NCBI GenBank assembly: GCA_031416315.1
Contig: JANOTL010000202.1
Coordinates: 14,257-78,256 of the forward strand
Length of the DNA: 64,000 bases
Reading direction: 5' to 3'
Source: Pseudomonadota bacterium
Lineage (GTDB): Bacteria; Bdellovibrionota_B; Oligoflexia; Oligoflexales; CAIYRB01
This document shows, one piece after another, positions 1-9,169 of this stretch; the stretch's first letter is position 1; every line of letters starts with the position of its first letter. The position numbers were made by a program, and so were the translations under genes. The notes under the pieces were generated by a model that saw nothing but the letters and a program-made list of their open reading frames with translations, was not told the origin of the DNA and did no database searches.

Positions 1-102
1 GGCGTTCCGTACGATATGGATCATGCTTCCGCCGTCAGGACGCTCGTGATCGAGTACGCCGCGACCATACTTCAGCGCTCGCGTTACGAAAAGCCGCAGT
101 GA
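1..102 (+). CDS. 3' end of a CDS entering the window, product unknown
   Basis: Frame 1 is open from base 1 (GVPYDMDHASAVRTLVIEYAATILQRSRYEKPQ) to TGA at 100-102. Confidence 0.55.
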   Translation, partial: GVPYDMDHASAVRTLVIEYAATILQRSRYEKPQ

Positions 103-204
103 CGCGACGGTCCAGATTTGGTGATCCGGCGACGCGAGGTCGAAAGAGAGCACGAGATGCTCCGGCCAGCTCGCGCTGAGGAGCCGCCACGTCGTCAGTT
201 GCAT

Positions 205-678
205 TCAACCGCCCAAGCCCTCGAGATACTCGTCGGCCTCGACTTCGGCCACCGCCGCGTTTTTGCCGCAGCTCTCGCATTTTTTCGCCGGGAAGCCCGA
301 TTTCTTCAGGTCCTTGGCGACCGGGAAGAGTTGCTCCGAGGCATAGCCGCAATCGTCACAGCAATAGGGTACTAGTACCGACGCGACGCGTGCGCCTCGC
401 ATGAGCTCGGGACACATCGTCGCGTAGTCGACGAGGTAGACGGAGCAGCGCTCGAGGCTCACCTTCGAGGGCGTCTCGAGGCCTTGGAGAAAGCCGCTCC
501 AAAGGCCGACGCCGATGGAGTTGATCGAGGAGATGCGCGCGCAATTCAGGCTGACGTCGCCCTCGGCGGCGACCAGTGCCTTCAGCGCGGTCAAGGCCGG
601 GCCGCAGGCCTCGTCGAGCGAGCCGACGAGGTCGATCTTTCCAGGGCCCACTTTTTCTACCGTCAAGCGCCGCGCCAT
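205..678 (-). CDS. STAS-like (anti-anti-sigma fold) protein with C-terminal Zn-ribbon
   Basis: LVGSLDE...ISSINSIGVGLW STAS pattern; CDDCG...CESCG cysteine pairs; GAGGGTGG upstream. Confidence 0.75.
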   Translation of the reverse strand: MARRLTVEKVGPGKIDLVGSLDEACGPALTALKALVAAEGDVSLNCARISSINSIGVGLWSGFLQGLETPSKVSLERCSVYLVDYATMCPELMRGARVASVLVPYCCDDCGYASEQLFPVAKDLKKSGFPAKKCESCGKNAAVAEVEADEYLEGLGG

Positions 679-842
679 AAAACCACCCTCTCTTTGGAGA
701 AGTGATCGTACCTCACGGCTTGTTGGCGGCCCAGCTCACGTCCTCGACGACGACCGGCGCGGGGCAAAGTTCGAAAACGCCGGTGGTTTTCGAGGCTTGT
801 AGGAGCGCCTGCGGACGATGACCTTTTAGAATTCATACATAC

Positions 843-871
843 TTGACATAGTAATCATAGTAATCTATAGA
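843..871 (+). promoter_or_regulatory. sigma70-like promoter for the PLD-like gene
   Basis: TTGACA(843-848)-17 nt-TATAGA(866-871) in an AT-rich patch; CATAGTAAT direct repeat across the spacer. Confidence 0.55.
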
Positions 872-931
872 ATACCTTGGAATCTTGCTGCTGTTGTCGT
901 TGATTTACCTGTCGTTGTTGTGGAGTAAGTC

Positions 932-2191
932 ATGTCGCGAATCCTGCGCACCTTGGGCGTTGCCGCGCTCGCCGCTTTCGCGGGCGGCGAGCTCGCCCTT
1001 GCGAAAACCGAAGCGTATTTTGCCCGTGAAACAAGCCTCACCGAAGTCGCGAAAGCGGAGCTCGGGACGGCGCGGCACCGCGTCGACGCGGCGCTCCCCG
1101 ATTTGAGCGACGAGCCGTTCGTCGATCAGCTCGTCGCGCTCGCCGACCGGAAGATTGCCGTGCGCGTCCTCGTCTCTTCGACGGGCGACGCGAAATGCAA
1201 AGCCTGCGACCGGCTCGAGCTGCACGGCGCCGACGTGCGCATCACCGAGACCCGCATGCTGCACCGCTTCGCCGTAGTGGACGGCCCGCGCGGCAAGCAG
1301 GCCTCGGGCGTCCTCGCCAAGGTCTTGCTGCTCAATGGCTCCCTGGCACGCGGCGGCCGCGATGCCAGCCTCGTCGCCGCTGAGCGCGACGGCGACGTCG
1401 CCCTCGCCTTCCAGGATCAGTTCAACTTTCTCTGGGGCATCGGCCGCGACCACGACGACAAGGCGAAGGCCGGCAAGAGCATCGCCGTGCACGCCCCTGC
1501 AGCAGCGCCGGCGTTGTTCAGCTCCGCCAACATGGTCCCCTTGGAGCTGGAGGGCGGTTGGCTCCTCAGCCCGATGATGGATCTGAAGAGCGGCGCGTTC
1601 GCCGCCTATCTCTCCAGCGCGATCGACCACGCTTACGAGCAGGTCCTCGTCGCCTCGCCTTCGCTCAAGAGCCTGGAAGTGTATCAAGCGCTGACGCGCG
1701 CGCTCGAGCGCGGCGTGATGGTGCGCGTCTTGGTCGACGGCAAGGAAATGCCGCGCGGCAAAGGCGTGCTACCGAACTGCCTTACGCTGGCGCGCAGTGA
1801 TCTGCGCTCGATGGACGAATGCCTGGCGAGCCTCGGCGCCGACGTGCGCTACGCCCGGGGCAATGGCCGCGGCGTGACGACCGCGTTCGTCGCCATCGAC
1901 GGGCGCACGGTGCATACTGGCAACTTCCGCTTGTCGCGGGTCTCTGAGCTGAAGGCGCTTGGCAGCGTGTTGACGCTGAAAGGCGAGTCGGCGAAGAGCT
2001 TCGTGCGGCATTTCGAGAAGAGCTTTGCGATGGGCACGGCTTTGCCGCGGAAGAAGCAGGTGAAGCCTTTGGCGGCGGCGGCGAGCGTGCCGAGCGAGCT
2101 GAAAGGCTGCGTCGGCATCCGACCGGCGTCGCTGAGCTTTGCAGAGATGCGGAAGTGGCGGGCGATTTATCAGCGGGGGATGTGTGAGTAG
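932..2191 (+). CDS. secreted phospholipase D/Nuc-fold protein with two degenerate HKD motifs
   Basis: Signal peptide; MLHRFAVVDG and VTTAFVAIDGRTVHTGNF resemble HxKxxxxD...GSxN; GVMVRVLVDG; GGAG RBS. Confidence 0.75.
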   Translation: MSRILRTLGVAALAAFAGGELALAKTEAYFARETSLTEVAKAELGTARHRVDAALPDLSDEPFVDQLVALADRKIAVRVLVSSTGDAKCKACDRLELHGADVRITETRMLHRFAVVDGPRGKQASGVLAKVLLLNGSLARGGRDASLVAAERDGDVALAFQDQFNFLWGIGRDHDDKAKAGKSIAVHAPAAAPALFSSANMVPLELEGGWLLSPMMDLKSGAFAAYLSSAIDHAYEQVLVASPSLKSLEVYQALTRALERGVMVRVLVDGKEMPRGKGVLPNCLTLARSDLRSMDECLASLGADVRYARGNGRGVTTAFVAIDGRTVHTGNFRLSRVSELKALGSVLTLKGESAKSFVRHFEKSFAMGTALPRKKQVKPLAAAASVPSELKGCVGIRPASLSFAEMRKWRAIYQRGMCE

Positions 2192-2245
2192 TCCGTAAAT
2201 CCCTCGTCGACGTCGACGTAGACCTGTGCTTCTGCGTACCGCTTA

Positions 2246-2339
2246 TGCGTGATCGTGATCTCTCACGTGAGGCTTAGCCCGTTTTCGCTCACGTCGGCGT
2301 CAACGGGCTAGGCCTCACGTGAGAGATCACGATCACGCA
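2246..2339. repeat. long inverted repeat (38-bp arms, 18-nt loop)
   Basis: 2246-2283 pairs with 2302-2339 with one G.U; imperfect pairing extends to about 2205-2372. Confidence 0.9.
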
Positions 2340-2376
2340 CAAGTGATACGCACAGGTCGAAGTCGAAGTCGACTTT

Positions 2377-2417
2377 GACGAAAGAGGGGCCCCCCGAGCG
2401 GGCCCCTTTTCTTCGTC
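2377..2417. terminator. bidirectional intrinsic terminator between convergent genes
   Basis: aaagaggggccc-loop-gggccccttttct GC stem with A-rich and T-rich flanks. Confidence 0.7.
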
Positions 2418-2432
2418 GATCATCGCGATGAC

Positions 2433-4634
2433 TTACGGCAGCCCCTGCGTCGGCGCAACCTTAGGCGCGACCGGCGCCGCCACGTCCTTCGCAGTTCCAG
2501 CCTTCTTCTGCTCCGCAACGGCCGCCGCGGCCTGCGCCTTCTCCAAGTCCGGCAACACGATCTTGCTCGGGAGCGCGCGCTTATTCAGCAGCTGGACGTA
2601 GTCCGCGGAGATGCGGAGCGTCTCTTGGAGGTGGAAGTCCTCGGTCAGCGGCAGCTTCTCCTCGTCGTCCTCGTCTTCAGCTTTTTTCTTGTCCTTGTCC
2701 TTTTTGCCCTTGTCGCGGCCCGGCTTCGACTCAGCGCTCTTGATGCCGTCCTTCTTCTCTTTCTCCGCCGCCGTCTCTTCCTTCAACGAGACCTTGGACC
2801 GCGACTCCTCGCCGTCCTTGTACTCCTTGATGGCGACGCGGATCTTCTCGAAGCCCTTGTCGGCGACGAGACGGGCAACGCTGGCTTCCTTCAGCTTCTT
2901 CACGGTCTCCGGGGAGACGAGCGTGAACGTCTTATAGTCGCTGGCCGCGATTTTCTCCCATGGGAGCGCGTAGTCGTAGTGCTTCTCGCCGATCTCGTAC
3001 TCGTCGAGGACGTCGGGAAGGGCGATGTCGGACTCGACGCCTTTCAGCTGGGTCGAGGAGCCGGACGGGCGGTAGAACTTGGAGATCGTCACCTTGATGG
3101 CGCCGAGCTTCTCGTCCAAGTCGTTTAAGTTCTGGACCGTGCCCTTGCCGAACGTGTGCGTGTCGCCGACGATCAGTCCGCGGCCGTAGTCCTGGATAGC
3201 GCCGGCGAAGATCTCCGAGGCGGAAGCCGACTGGCGGTTGATCATGACGACGAGCGGGCCGGCGTACTCCGTCTTGCCGTCTTCGTCTTTCTGCACGTAG
3301 GTCGAGCCGCGCGTGTCCTTCGTCTGCACGACCGGACCCTTGTCGAAGAACAGGCCGGCGATGTCGATCGACTCGTCGAGCGAGCCGCCGCCGTTGGAGC
3401 GCAGGTCGACGACGACGGCGTCGACGTTCTGCTTTTTCAAGTTGCCAATCTCGTTGCGCATGTCGGCCGACGAGCTCTTGAAGTTCTTCTCGCGGTTCTG
3501 GCGGCCCTCGAAGTCCATGTAGAAGGACGGGAGCTCGATGACGCCGACCTTGATCGTGCGCGGCGTCGCGCCTTCCGTGACGTTGACGTTGTACACGGTG
3601 GACTTGGCGGCGCGGTCTTTGAGCTGGATCTGCTCGCGGACGATCGGCACGACGAGCTGCACGTTCTTGCCGCCGTCGTCGCGGACGACGGTGAGGCGGA
3701 CTTCCGTGGCGCGCGCGCCGCGGATCAATTTCACGACCTCGCGCAGGTCCATGTCGATGACGTCGACCGGCGGCTCCTCGCCCTGGCCGACGGCGATGAT
3801 CTTGTCGTCGACCTTGACCTTGCCGGTCTTGGCCGCGGCGCCGCCGGGGACCAGGCTCTGGATCGTGGTGAAGCCGTCTTCGCTGCGGAGCACGGCGCCG
3901 ATGCCTTCAAGGGAAAGCCGCGTCGAGATGCGGAAGTCTTCCAGAGACTCGGGCGACAAGTACTCCGAATGCGGGTCGAGAGCCGATGAAAAAGAATTGA
4001 GGAAAAGCGAGTAGACGTCGTCGGAGGTCATCTCGTTCTGGCGCTTCACCCCCAGGAGGTAGCGCTTCTTCAGCTTGTCCTTCGCCTTTGCAACGTCGCC
4101 CATCGTGCCCTTCAGCTGCATCAGCTGGAACTTGATGCGCTGGCGCCAGCGCTCGGTGAGCTCCTCGGTCGTCGTGCCCCAGTCGAGCTTCTTCCGGTCG
4201 ATGACCATGAACTCGTCTTTGGTGAAGTCGTGCGGCTGGTCGACGATCGGGTCGATCGTCTTCTGGCGCTCCTCGAAGCGCTTCGCGTAGAGCTTCACGA
4301 CCTCGTCGATCGCAGCGCAGTTCGAGTCCATGACCTGATCGTCGAGCTTGGTCGAGTACTTGGCCGCGATGGCTTCGACGTCGGCCTTGAGGAAGTAGAC
4401 CTTACCCGGATCCCAGCTCTTGATGAAGTTGTCGAGCGTGCGCCGCGAGAGCTCGTCGTCGAAGTCGTGATGATAAAAATGCATCTTGAAGTAGACGCTG
4501 ACCAGCTGGCGTACCTGTTGGCAGTTCAGCGCGTACGCGTCTGAGGCGCCGAAAAAGGCGCCGAGCAGAAAGCCGAGCTTCAGGACCCGGGAGAAGGGCA
4601 TGGCAAAGAACTCCTGCATTGGGGAAAGACCCAT
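2433..4634 (-). CDS. prc: carboxy-terminal processing protease (tail-specific protease, S41A); true start probably ~4601
   Basis: LDPHSEY, LEGIGA PDZ entry, DLRSNGGGSL, SASASEIFA (Ser), TFGKGTVQ (Lys), STQLKGV. Confidence 0.93.
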   Translation of the reverse strand: MGLSPMQEFFAMPFSRVLKLGFLLGAFFGASDAYALNCQQVRQLVSVYFKMHFYHHDFDDELSRRTLDNFIKSWDPGKVYFLKADVEAIAAKYSTKLDDQVMDSNCAAIDEVVKLYAKRFEERQKTIDPIVDQPHDFTKDEFMVIDRKKLDWGTTTEELTERWRQRIKFQLMQLKGTMGDVAKAKDKLKKRYLLGVKRQNEMTSDDVYSLFLNSFSSALDPHSEYLSPESLEDFRISTRLSLEGIGAVLRSEDGFTTIQSLVPGGAAAKTGKVKVDDKIIAVGQGEEPPVDVIDMDLREVVKLIRGARATEVRLTVVRDDGGKNVQLVVPIVREQIQLKDRAAKSTVYNVNVTEGATPRTIKVGVIELPSFYMDFEGRQNREKNFKSSSADMRNEIGNLKKQNVDAVVVDLRSNGGGSLDESIDIAGLFFDKGPVVQTKDTRGSTYVQKDEDGKTEYAGPLVVMINRQSASASEIFAGAIQDYGRGLIVGDTHTFGKGTVQNLNDLDEKLGAIKVTISKFYRPSGSSTQLKGVESDIALPDVLDEYEIGEKHYDYALPWEKIAASDYKTFTLVSPETVKKLKEASVARLVADKGFEKIRVAIKEYKDGEESRSKVSLKEETAAEKEKKDGIKSAESKPGRDKGKKDKDKKKAEDEDDEEKLPLTEDFHLQETLRISADYVQLLNKRALPSKIVLPDLEKAQAAAAVAEQKKAGTAKDVAAPVAPKVAPTQGLP

Positions 4635-4690
4635 TCGATAATTATTTCACCTTTTTACGGGCTCGGACAGGGGGGAGGTGGTCCGCCACG

Positions 4691-4718
4691 CTAAGCTTCT
4701 GGGCATGAACACCGATTA
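4691..4718 (+). promoter_or_regulatory. sigma28/FliA-like promoter
   Basis: CTAAG-N15-ACCGATTA upstream of the 4732 ORF. Confidence 0.5.
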
Positions 4719-4731
4719 ATGGAACGGGTTC

Positions 4732-6807
4732 ATGGGGTTTAGGCAACGCGAGAGGAGTTCCCGGGTGAGCGCTCCGCAAAAAAAGCGGCGCACCTTTTGG
4801 CTGGCGGACACGGTCACGGCGCAACACCGCGATCGCGCTCTGCTCTTGCAGCAAAAAGGATTTGACATCCAGTTCTTCACGTCGATCGACGTCGTGATCC
4901 AGGAGCTCGAGCAAAAACGCGCGGCGGTCATCGTCGTCTCCGACGACGGCGACGAGACGGTGACCGAGACGATGGTGACGCAGCTGATGGGGATCCCCGA
5001 GGTGCAGGGTGCGCGCCTCATCCTCGTGCGCGGCGCCGCCTCGGAGCGGCTCAACTTCCTCGCGGCCTGCGCCAACTTCCGCGACGTGATCCCGTTCGAC
5101 CTCGACGAGAAGCAGTGGCTTAACCGCTTCATGTTCGCGACGGCCAGCGGGCCGGTGCGCCTGCCGCAACCGGTGGCCCAAATCTCGGCGAGCCACATCG
5201 CCGCCGCGGCCTTCCCCGCGCGTCTCACCTGGATCAGCGAGCGGCGCCTGCGCTTCGAGAGCCGGGTGCGTCCCCCCGCCGGCGCGACCCTGAATTTAGG
5301 CGGTTATCTGGCCGCCGCGCTGGGGATCCCGTCGATCTCCTGCATGGTGGTCGAGACCCAGCGCAGTCACCTCCTCTACCGCTTCTCCGACGCGGTGATC
5401 GCCGACTGGACCGTGCCACAGGCCGTCCGACCGAAGATGCTCGAGACGCTCGAGCTGTTGAAGCAGCAAGACCCGGGCCCGCGCTGTCGCGTCTTCCTCG
5501 CCGTGCAGTCGCCCAACCTGCGCAGCGAGATCCTCTCCAACTTCGCGGATCCGCGCTTCGAGGTCACCACGGCCTTGTCGAAGCAGGGGATCTCGGAGGA
5601 GCCGCGCTTCTTTTCTCCCGACGTCATCTTCTTCGAGACCGCCCTGGCCATGGAAGACGACGGCGTGCGCTTCGCGCAGATTATGGCCAACACGCACGAG
5701 AGCGCGACGATCGTCCTCGTCGGCGACGCGTCCGGCGCGACCGAAGTCCAGCAGTTCGCGAAACGCTTTCCGGGACGTCGCATCGTCCTCATGCCGAAGC
5801 TCGTGCGCAACGTCACGCAGTCGGTTGCGAATCGCTACCTCCACGTGAGCGCCCGCCGGATGCTCAGTGAGGAGCCGGAGGCGCGTCAGCTCCTTCCAGA
5901 AAATCCCCTGTCGTTGGCGGAGGTTAGCTTCCCGGCGCGGGTCACGCGTCTGCACCCCACGGCCATCCAGGTGGCGATGCCCTTCGCGGTCGGCAACTTC
6001 GCGCTCGGCCGCGTCGAGGCGCCGGCCCTGCGCAAATTGATCGGGCGCAATCCTTGCGTGAAGATCACCGCGACCTATCAAGATACGCATCCCGAAGCGC
6101 AAGGCTTTGTGTACCTGGCCGACGCGGCCTTGGCCGATCTCACGAGCGACGAGCAGAAGCGGCTCGGCGAAGGCCTCATGCGCTTCGTCGCCGACGCCAT
6201 GGCGCGCGGCGCGACGGTCGGCTCGAGCGCGGTCGCGGCTCAGGTCGCCGTGGCGACGCCGATCGTGCCGGCCTCGGTGGCGGCGAGCAACGTCGTGCCG
6301 ATCAAGGTCGCTCAAGCGCAGGTCGCCGCACACGCCGTGGCGCATGCGACGAACGCGAGCGCGAGCGCAACGGCGATCGCGATTGACCCCTCCCCTTCCT
6401 TCACCTCCCAGCCTACGACCGTGGTCGCTACGGTTTCGGACTCCCGGGCGCATGAAGCGCGCATCAACGCGGCCATGGCGCGGCTCGAGGATACGATGAC
6501 GGCCCCGGGCTTTCCGCTGAAAGAGATGAGCGCGCCGGCGTCGAGCATGGGCAACGAGGGCGGAACGTATCGCAGCGCGGCCGCCGAGCTGCGGGGCGAC
6601 GTGGTGCGCGTCGTGCGCAATGCTCAGGCCGAGGGCCTGATCATGGTCTTGAAATACGTGGCCATGGTCGCGTTCGGCTTGGCGATCGTTTGGGCGATCT
6701 TCGCCTTGGTCGCGCCGCATTATGAGCATTCTGGCGGGGTTTATTCTGAGGGGCTGAAGAAGATGGCGCCGCATTTGCAGTCAACGCCGCCCACTAAGGG
6801 TAAGTAG
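4732..6807 (+). CDS. hypothetical signalling protein: two pseudo-receiver/PilZ-like repeats, low-complexity linker, C-terminal TM
   Basis: REC-like alpha/beta segments (KGFDIQFFTS...AVIVV; RFEVTTALS...PDVIFF), each followed by FPAR(L/V)T; hydrophobic YVAMVAFGLAIVWAIFALV near the C-terminus. Confidence 0.6.
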   Translation: MGFRQRERSSRVSAPQKKRRTFWLADTVTAQHRDRALLLQQKGFDIQFFTSIDVVIQELEQKRAAVIVVSDDGDETVTETMVTQLMGIPEVQGARLILVRGAASERLNFLAACANFRDVIPFDLDEKQWLNRFMFATASGPVRLPQPVAQISASHIAAAAFPARLTWISERRLRFESRVRPPAGATLNLGGYLAAALGIPSISCMVVETQRSHLLYRFSDAVIADWTVPQAVRPKMLETLELLKQQDPGPRCRVFLAVQSPNLRSEILSNFADPRFEVTTALSKQGISEEPRFFSPDVIFFETALAMEDDGVRFAQIMANTHESATIVLVGDASGATEVQQFAKRFPGRRIVLMPKLVRNVTQSVANRYLHVSARRMLSEEPEARQLLPENPLSLAEVSFPARVTRLHPTAIQVAMPFAVGNFALGRVEAPALRKLIGRNPCVKITATYQDTHPEAQGFVYLADAALADLTSDEQKRLGEGLMRFVADAMARGATVGSSAVAAQVAVATPIVPASVAASNVVPIKVAQAQVAAHAVAHATNASASATAIAIDPSPSFTSQPTTVVATVSDSRAHEARINAAMARLEDTMTAPGFPLKEMSAPASSMGNEGGTYRSAAAELRGDVVRVVRNAQAEGLIMVLKYVAMVAFGLAIVWAIFALVAPHYEHSGGVYSEGLKKMAPHLQSTPPTKGK

Positions 6808-6815
6808 TCCTCCGT

Positions 6816-6845
6816 CTCTGCGTCCTCTGCGCAGAGGACGCAGAG
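6816..6845. repeat. perfect 30-bp palindrome, REP-like (GCAGAGGACGCAGAG family)
   Basis: ctctgcgtcctctgc|gcagaggacgcagag; related arms at 27488-27547 and 63985-64000. Confidence 0.85.
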
Positions 6846-6886
6846 GAGACATGGCGCGGGTCATCTGGTTGGCCTAGACTCGGCAC

Positions 6887-8332
6887 ATGACTATCCCCGT
6901 CGCCATCATGGTCTCCGCAGCTTTAGGCTTCTACTCCCGAGGTGTCTGGCAGCCCCTGACGCTCGGCGCAGGCAACGTCGTGCGCTTCCATGCCGAAGGT
7001 GCGACGGCGACGGGCGTCCTCACGAGCGATGTCGTGATCGGCACCTCCGGACCGAACGCCATCGACGTCTTGCACGCCTTGCCCGGATTTCTCGGGCACC
7101 GGCCGCTGCGCGTGCCGAACGCCTTGGTCGCGACCTTCACCACGCCGCTGAAAGCTTTGGCCGCGGCGAACGCATTGCACGGCGAAGCGGGGATTCGGTA
7201 TGCGCATCCGGATTTCATCCTGCCGAAGAATTGGCGCGGCGCGACCGACGAGCCTTTGTTCTCTTCGCAATGGCATCTGCAGAATCGCGGCGAGGACGGC
7301 GCCCGCGCCGGCGCCGACATCAGGGCCCTCGAGGCGTGGACGCACGCTACCGGGCGGCCGGAGACCCTGATCGCCGTGATCGACGGCGGCTTCGAGACGG
7401 CGCATCCCGACATGGCCCTTGCCTGGGCCGTGAACCCGGGCGAGATCGCGGGCAACGGGGTCGACGACGACCACAACGGCTACGTCGACGACGTGCTCGG
7501 CTGGAACTATTTCGTCGACACGGCAGATGTCGACGACGGCTTGATCGAGGACCATGGCGCCGCCGTCGCGGGCGTCGCGGGCGCGCGGATGAACGGCCTG
7601 GGCTTGACCGGCGTTTGCCCGGACTGCAAGCTCTTGCCGATCGTTGCCTCATGGCAGGCCTCCGACGACGCCGAGGCCATGATGTACGCGATGGAACGCG
7701 GCGCAGCGGTGATCACCAACAGCTGGGGCTACGAGCTGCACGCTCCGGTCACCGACGTGATCGTCGATGCGATCGACACAGTGACGCGCAACGGGCGCGG
7801 CGGCAAGGGCAGCGTCGTGCTCTTCGCCATGTCGAACATCGATCAGGACGACTGCGCGGGGGATAAGCCCGACATCTCGTCTCTGGCGACGGTGATCGCC
7901 GTGAGCGCGTCGTCCGACCTAGACAAGAAGGTCAAGGCCTCGGGTCACGGGCCGTGCATGGAGATCCTTGCGCCCTCGTGGGAGCGCGGACGCGGCCATA
8001 TCGCGACGACGGATCTGACGTCGACGCGCGGCTACAATCGGCGCGTGGCGCCGACGGATTTCCCGGATCTCGACTACACGAAATCCTTCGGCGGCACTTC
8101 GGCTTCGACGCCGATGGTGGCGGGGGTCTTCGGGCTGGTCTTTTCAGTAAATCCAGAGCTGACGCGGGCGGAGGCGACGGCGATCGTGCTCGGAACGACG
8201 GCGAAGATCGATGCGGACGTGGCGGCTTATGATCCGATCACGGGGATGAGCGTGACGCACGGGTTTGGGCGGGTGGATGCGGCGGCGGCGGTGGCGGCGG
8301 CTCGGGCGGCGCAGGAGCGCTCGCGGCCTTAG
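6887..8332 (+). CDS. subtilisin-like S8 serine protease
   Basis: Catalytic triad IAVIDGG, HGAAVAG, GGTSASTP; Ca-loop NGVDDDHNGYVDD; HGFGRVDA. Confidence 0.92.
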   Translation: MTIPVAIMVSAALGFYSRGVWQPLTLGAGNVVRFHAEGATATGVLTSDVVIGTSGPNAIDVLHALPGFLGHRPLRVPNALVATFTTPLKALAAANALHGEAGIRYAHPDFILPKNWRGATDEPLFSSQWHLQNRGEDGARAGADIRALEAWTHATGRPETLIAVIDGGFETAHPDMALAWAVNPGEIAGNGVDDDHNGYVDDVLGWNYFVDTADVDDGLIEDHGAAVAGVAGARMNGLGLTGVCPDCKLLPIVASWQASDDAEAMMYAMERGAAVITNSWGYELHAPVTDVIVDAIDTVTRNGRGGKGSVVLFAMSNIDQDDCAGDKPDISSLATVIAVSASSDLDKKVKASGHGPCMEILAPSWERGRGHIATTDLTSTRGYNRRVAPTDFPDLDYTKSFGGTSASTPMVAGVFGLVFSVNPELTRAEATAIVLGTTAKIDADVAAYDPITGMSVTHGFGRVDAAAAVAAARAAQERSRP

Positions 8333-8368
8333 GTCCGGCCGGGATTTTGCGGCTTCACGCCTTAGTTC

Positions 8369-8509
8369 GTCTCTGGCGCGAAACGCGCCAGAGACTATCC
8401 TCAGCGCAGCGAAGGATCTCACCGCGTCAATCGAAACAGTTGGTAATCGCCGAGTTCCTCCGGCGCTTTGCTCCCCAGCTTTGTCTCTGGCGCGTTTCGC
8501 GCCAGAGAC
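8369..8509. repeat. composite REP-like element: two 27-bp palindromes in inverted orientation flanking a third motif
   Basis: gtctctggcgcg-AAA-cgcgccagagac (8369-8395) and the same stem with a TTT loop (8483-8509); atcctcagcgcagcgaaggatct between them. Confidence 0.85.
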
Positions 8510-9006
8510 TAGTTCACCTGCGGCCGGCGATCGCAGCGCTCGCGGCGGCAGTGGCCGTACATGTCGAGGCGGTGCGAAGCGAGCTTGAAGTCGTGCGCTG
8601 CGGCCATCTTCTCCTGGAGGCGCTCGATTTCCTCGTTCTCGAACTCGATGACCGCGCCGCAATCCAGACAGATGATGTGGTCGTGATGCTCGCCCGGGGT
8701 CGAAACCTCGTAGACGAAGCGTCCCTCACCGAACTGCTTTTGCTCCGCCAAGCCGGCGTCGGCGAGGAGGTTGAGGGTCCGATAGATGGTGGCGAGGCCG
8801 ATGTTGTGGCCGTCGCGGCGCGCCGCCTCGTGCAGCTCCTCCGCCGATAGGTGGTTCTTCATGTTGATGAAGAGCTCGACGATGAGCTTCCGCTGGCGCG
8901 TCTGCTTCAGGTTTTTCCGAAGAAGATAGTCGTCGAGAGCCGTCCAGAACCAGCGGTGCTGGTCGGGCTTCTTGGTGCTCGGTTTGGTCTTGGCAGTCTT
9001 CAACAT
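8509..9006 (-). CDS. fur: Fur-family transcriptional regulator
   Basis: TRQRKLI, HLSAEEL, IGLATIYRTL, HHDHIICLDCG, C-terminal CRRERC. Confidence 0.92.
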   Translation of the reverse strand: MLKTAKTKPSTKKPDQHRWFWTALDDYLLRKNLKQTRQRKLIVELFINMKNHLSAEELHEAARRDGHNIGLATIYRTLNLLADAGLAEQKQFGEGRFVYEVSTPGEHHDHIICLDCGAVIEFENEEIERLQEKMAAAHDFKLASHRLDMYGHCRRERCDRRPQVN

Positions 9007-9062
9007 GGAGCCTGGAAAAAGCTTGGGCGATCTGGGGACCGGCGCGAGGGCCGCGAATCACT

Positions 9063-9082
9063 TGATTTATTCATATAAATCA
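9063..9082. promoter_or_regulatory. AT-rich palindromic operator candidate between fur and the divergent lipoprotein gene
   Basis: TGATTTAT-tcat-ATAAATCA, perfect 8-4-8 dyad. Confidence 0.5.
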
Positions 9083-9117
9083 GAAGATTATGCTTGCGGT
9101 CAAGGCTTTCGAGGGAT

Positions 9118-9133
9118 TGGCACGGAAGGCGCA
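9118..9133 (+). promoter_or_regulatory. sigma54 -24/-12 promoter
   Basis: TGGCACG-GAAG-GCGCA (GG-N10-GC) about 37 nt upstream of ATG 9170. Confidence 0.55.
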
Positions 9134-9169
9134 TCGTTAGATGATATGCTGAGTCGGAGGATTCCCCCC

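Noticed and set aside
2205..2417. CRISPR array or tRNA
   Set aside because: No repeat-spacer periodicity, no cas genes and no cloverleaf
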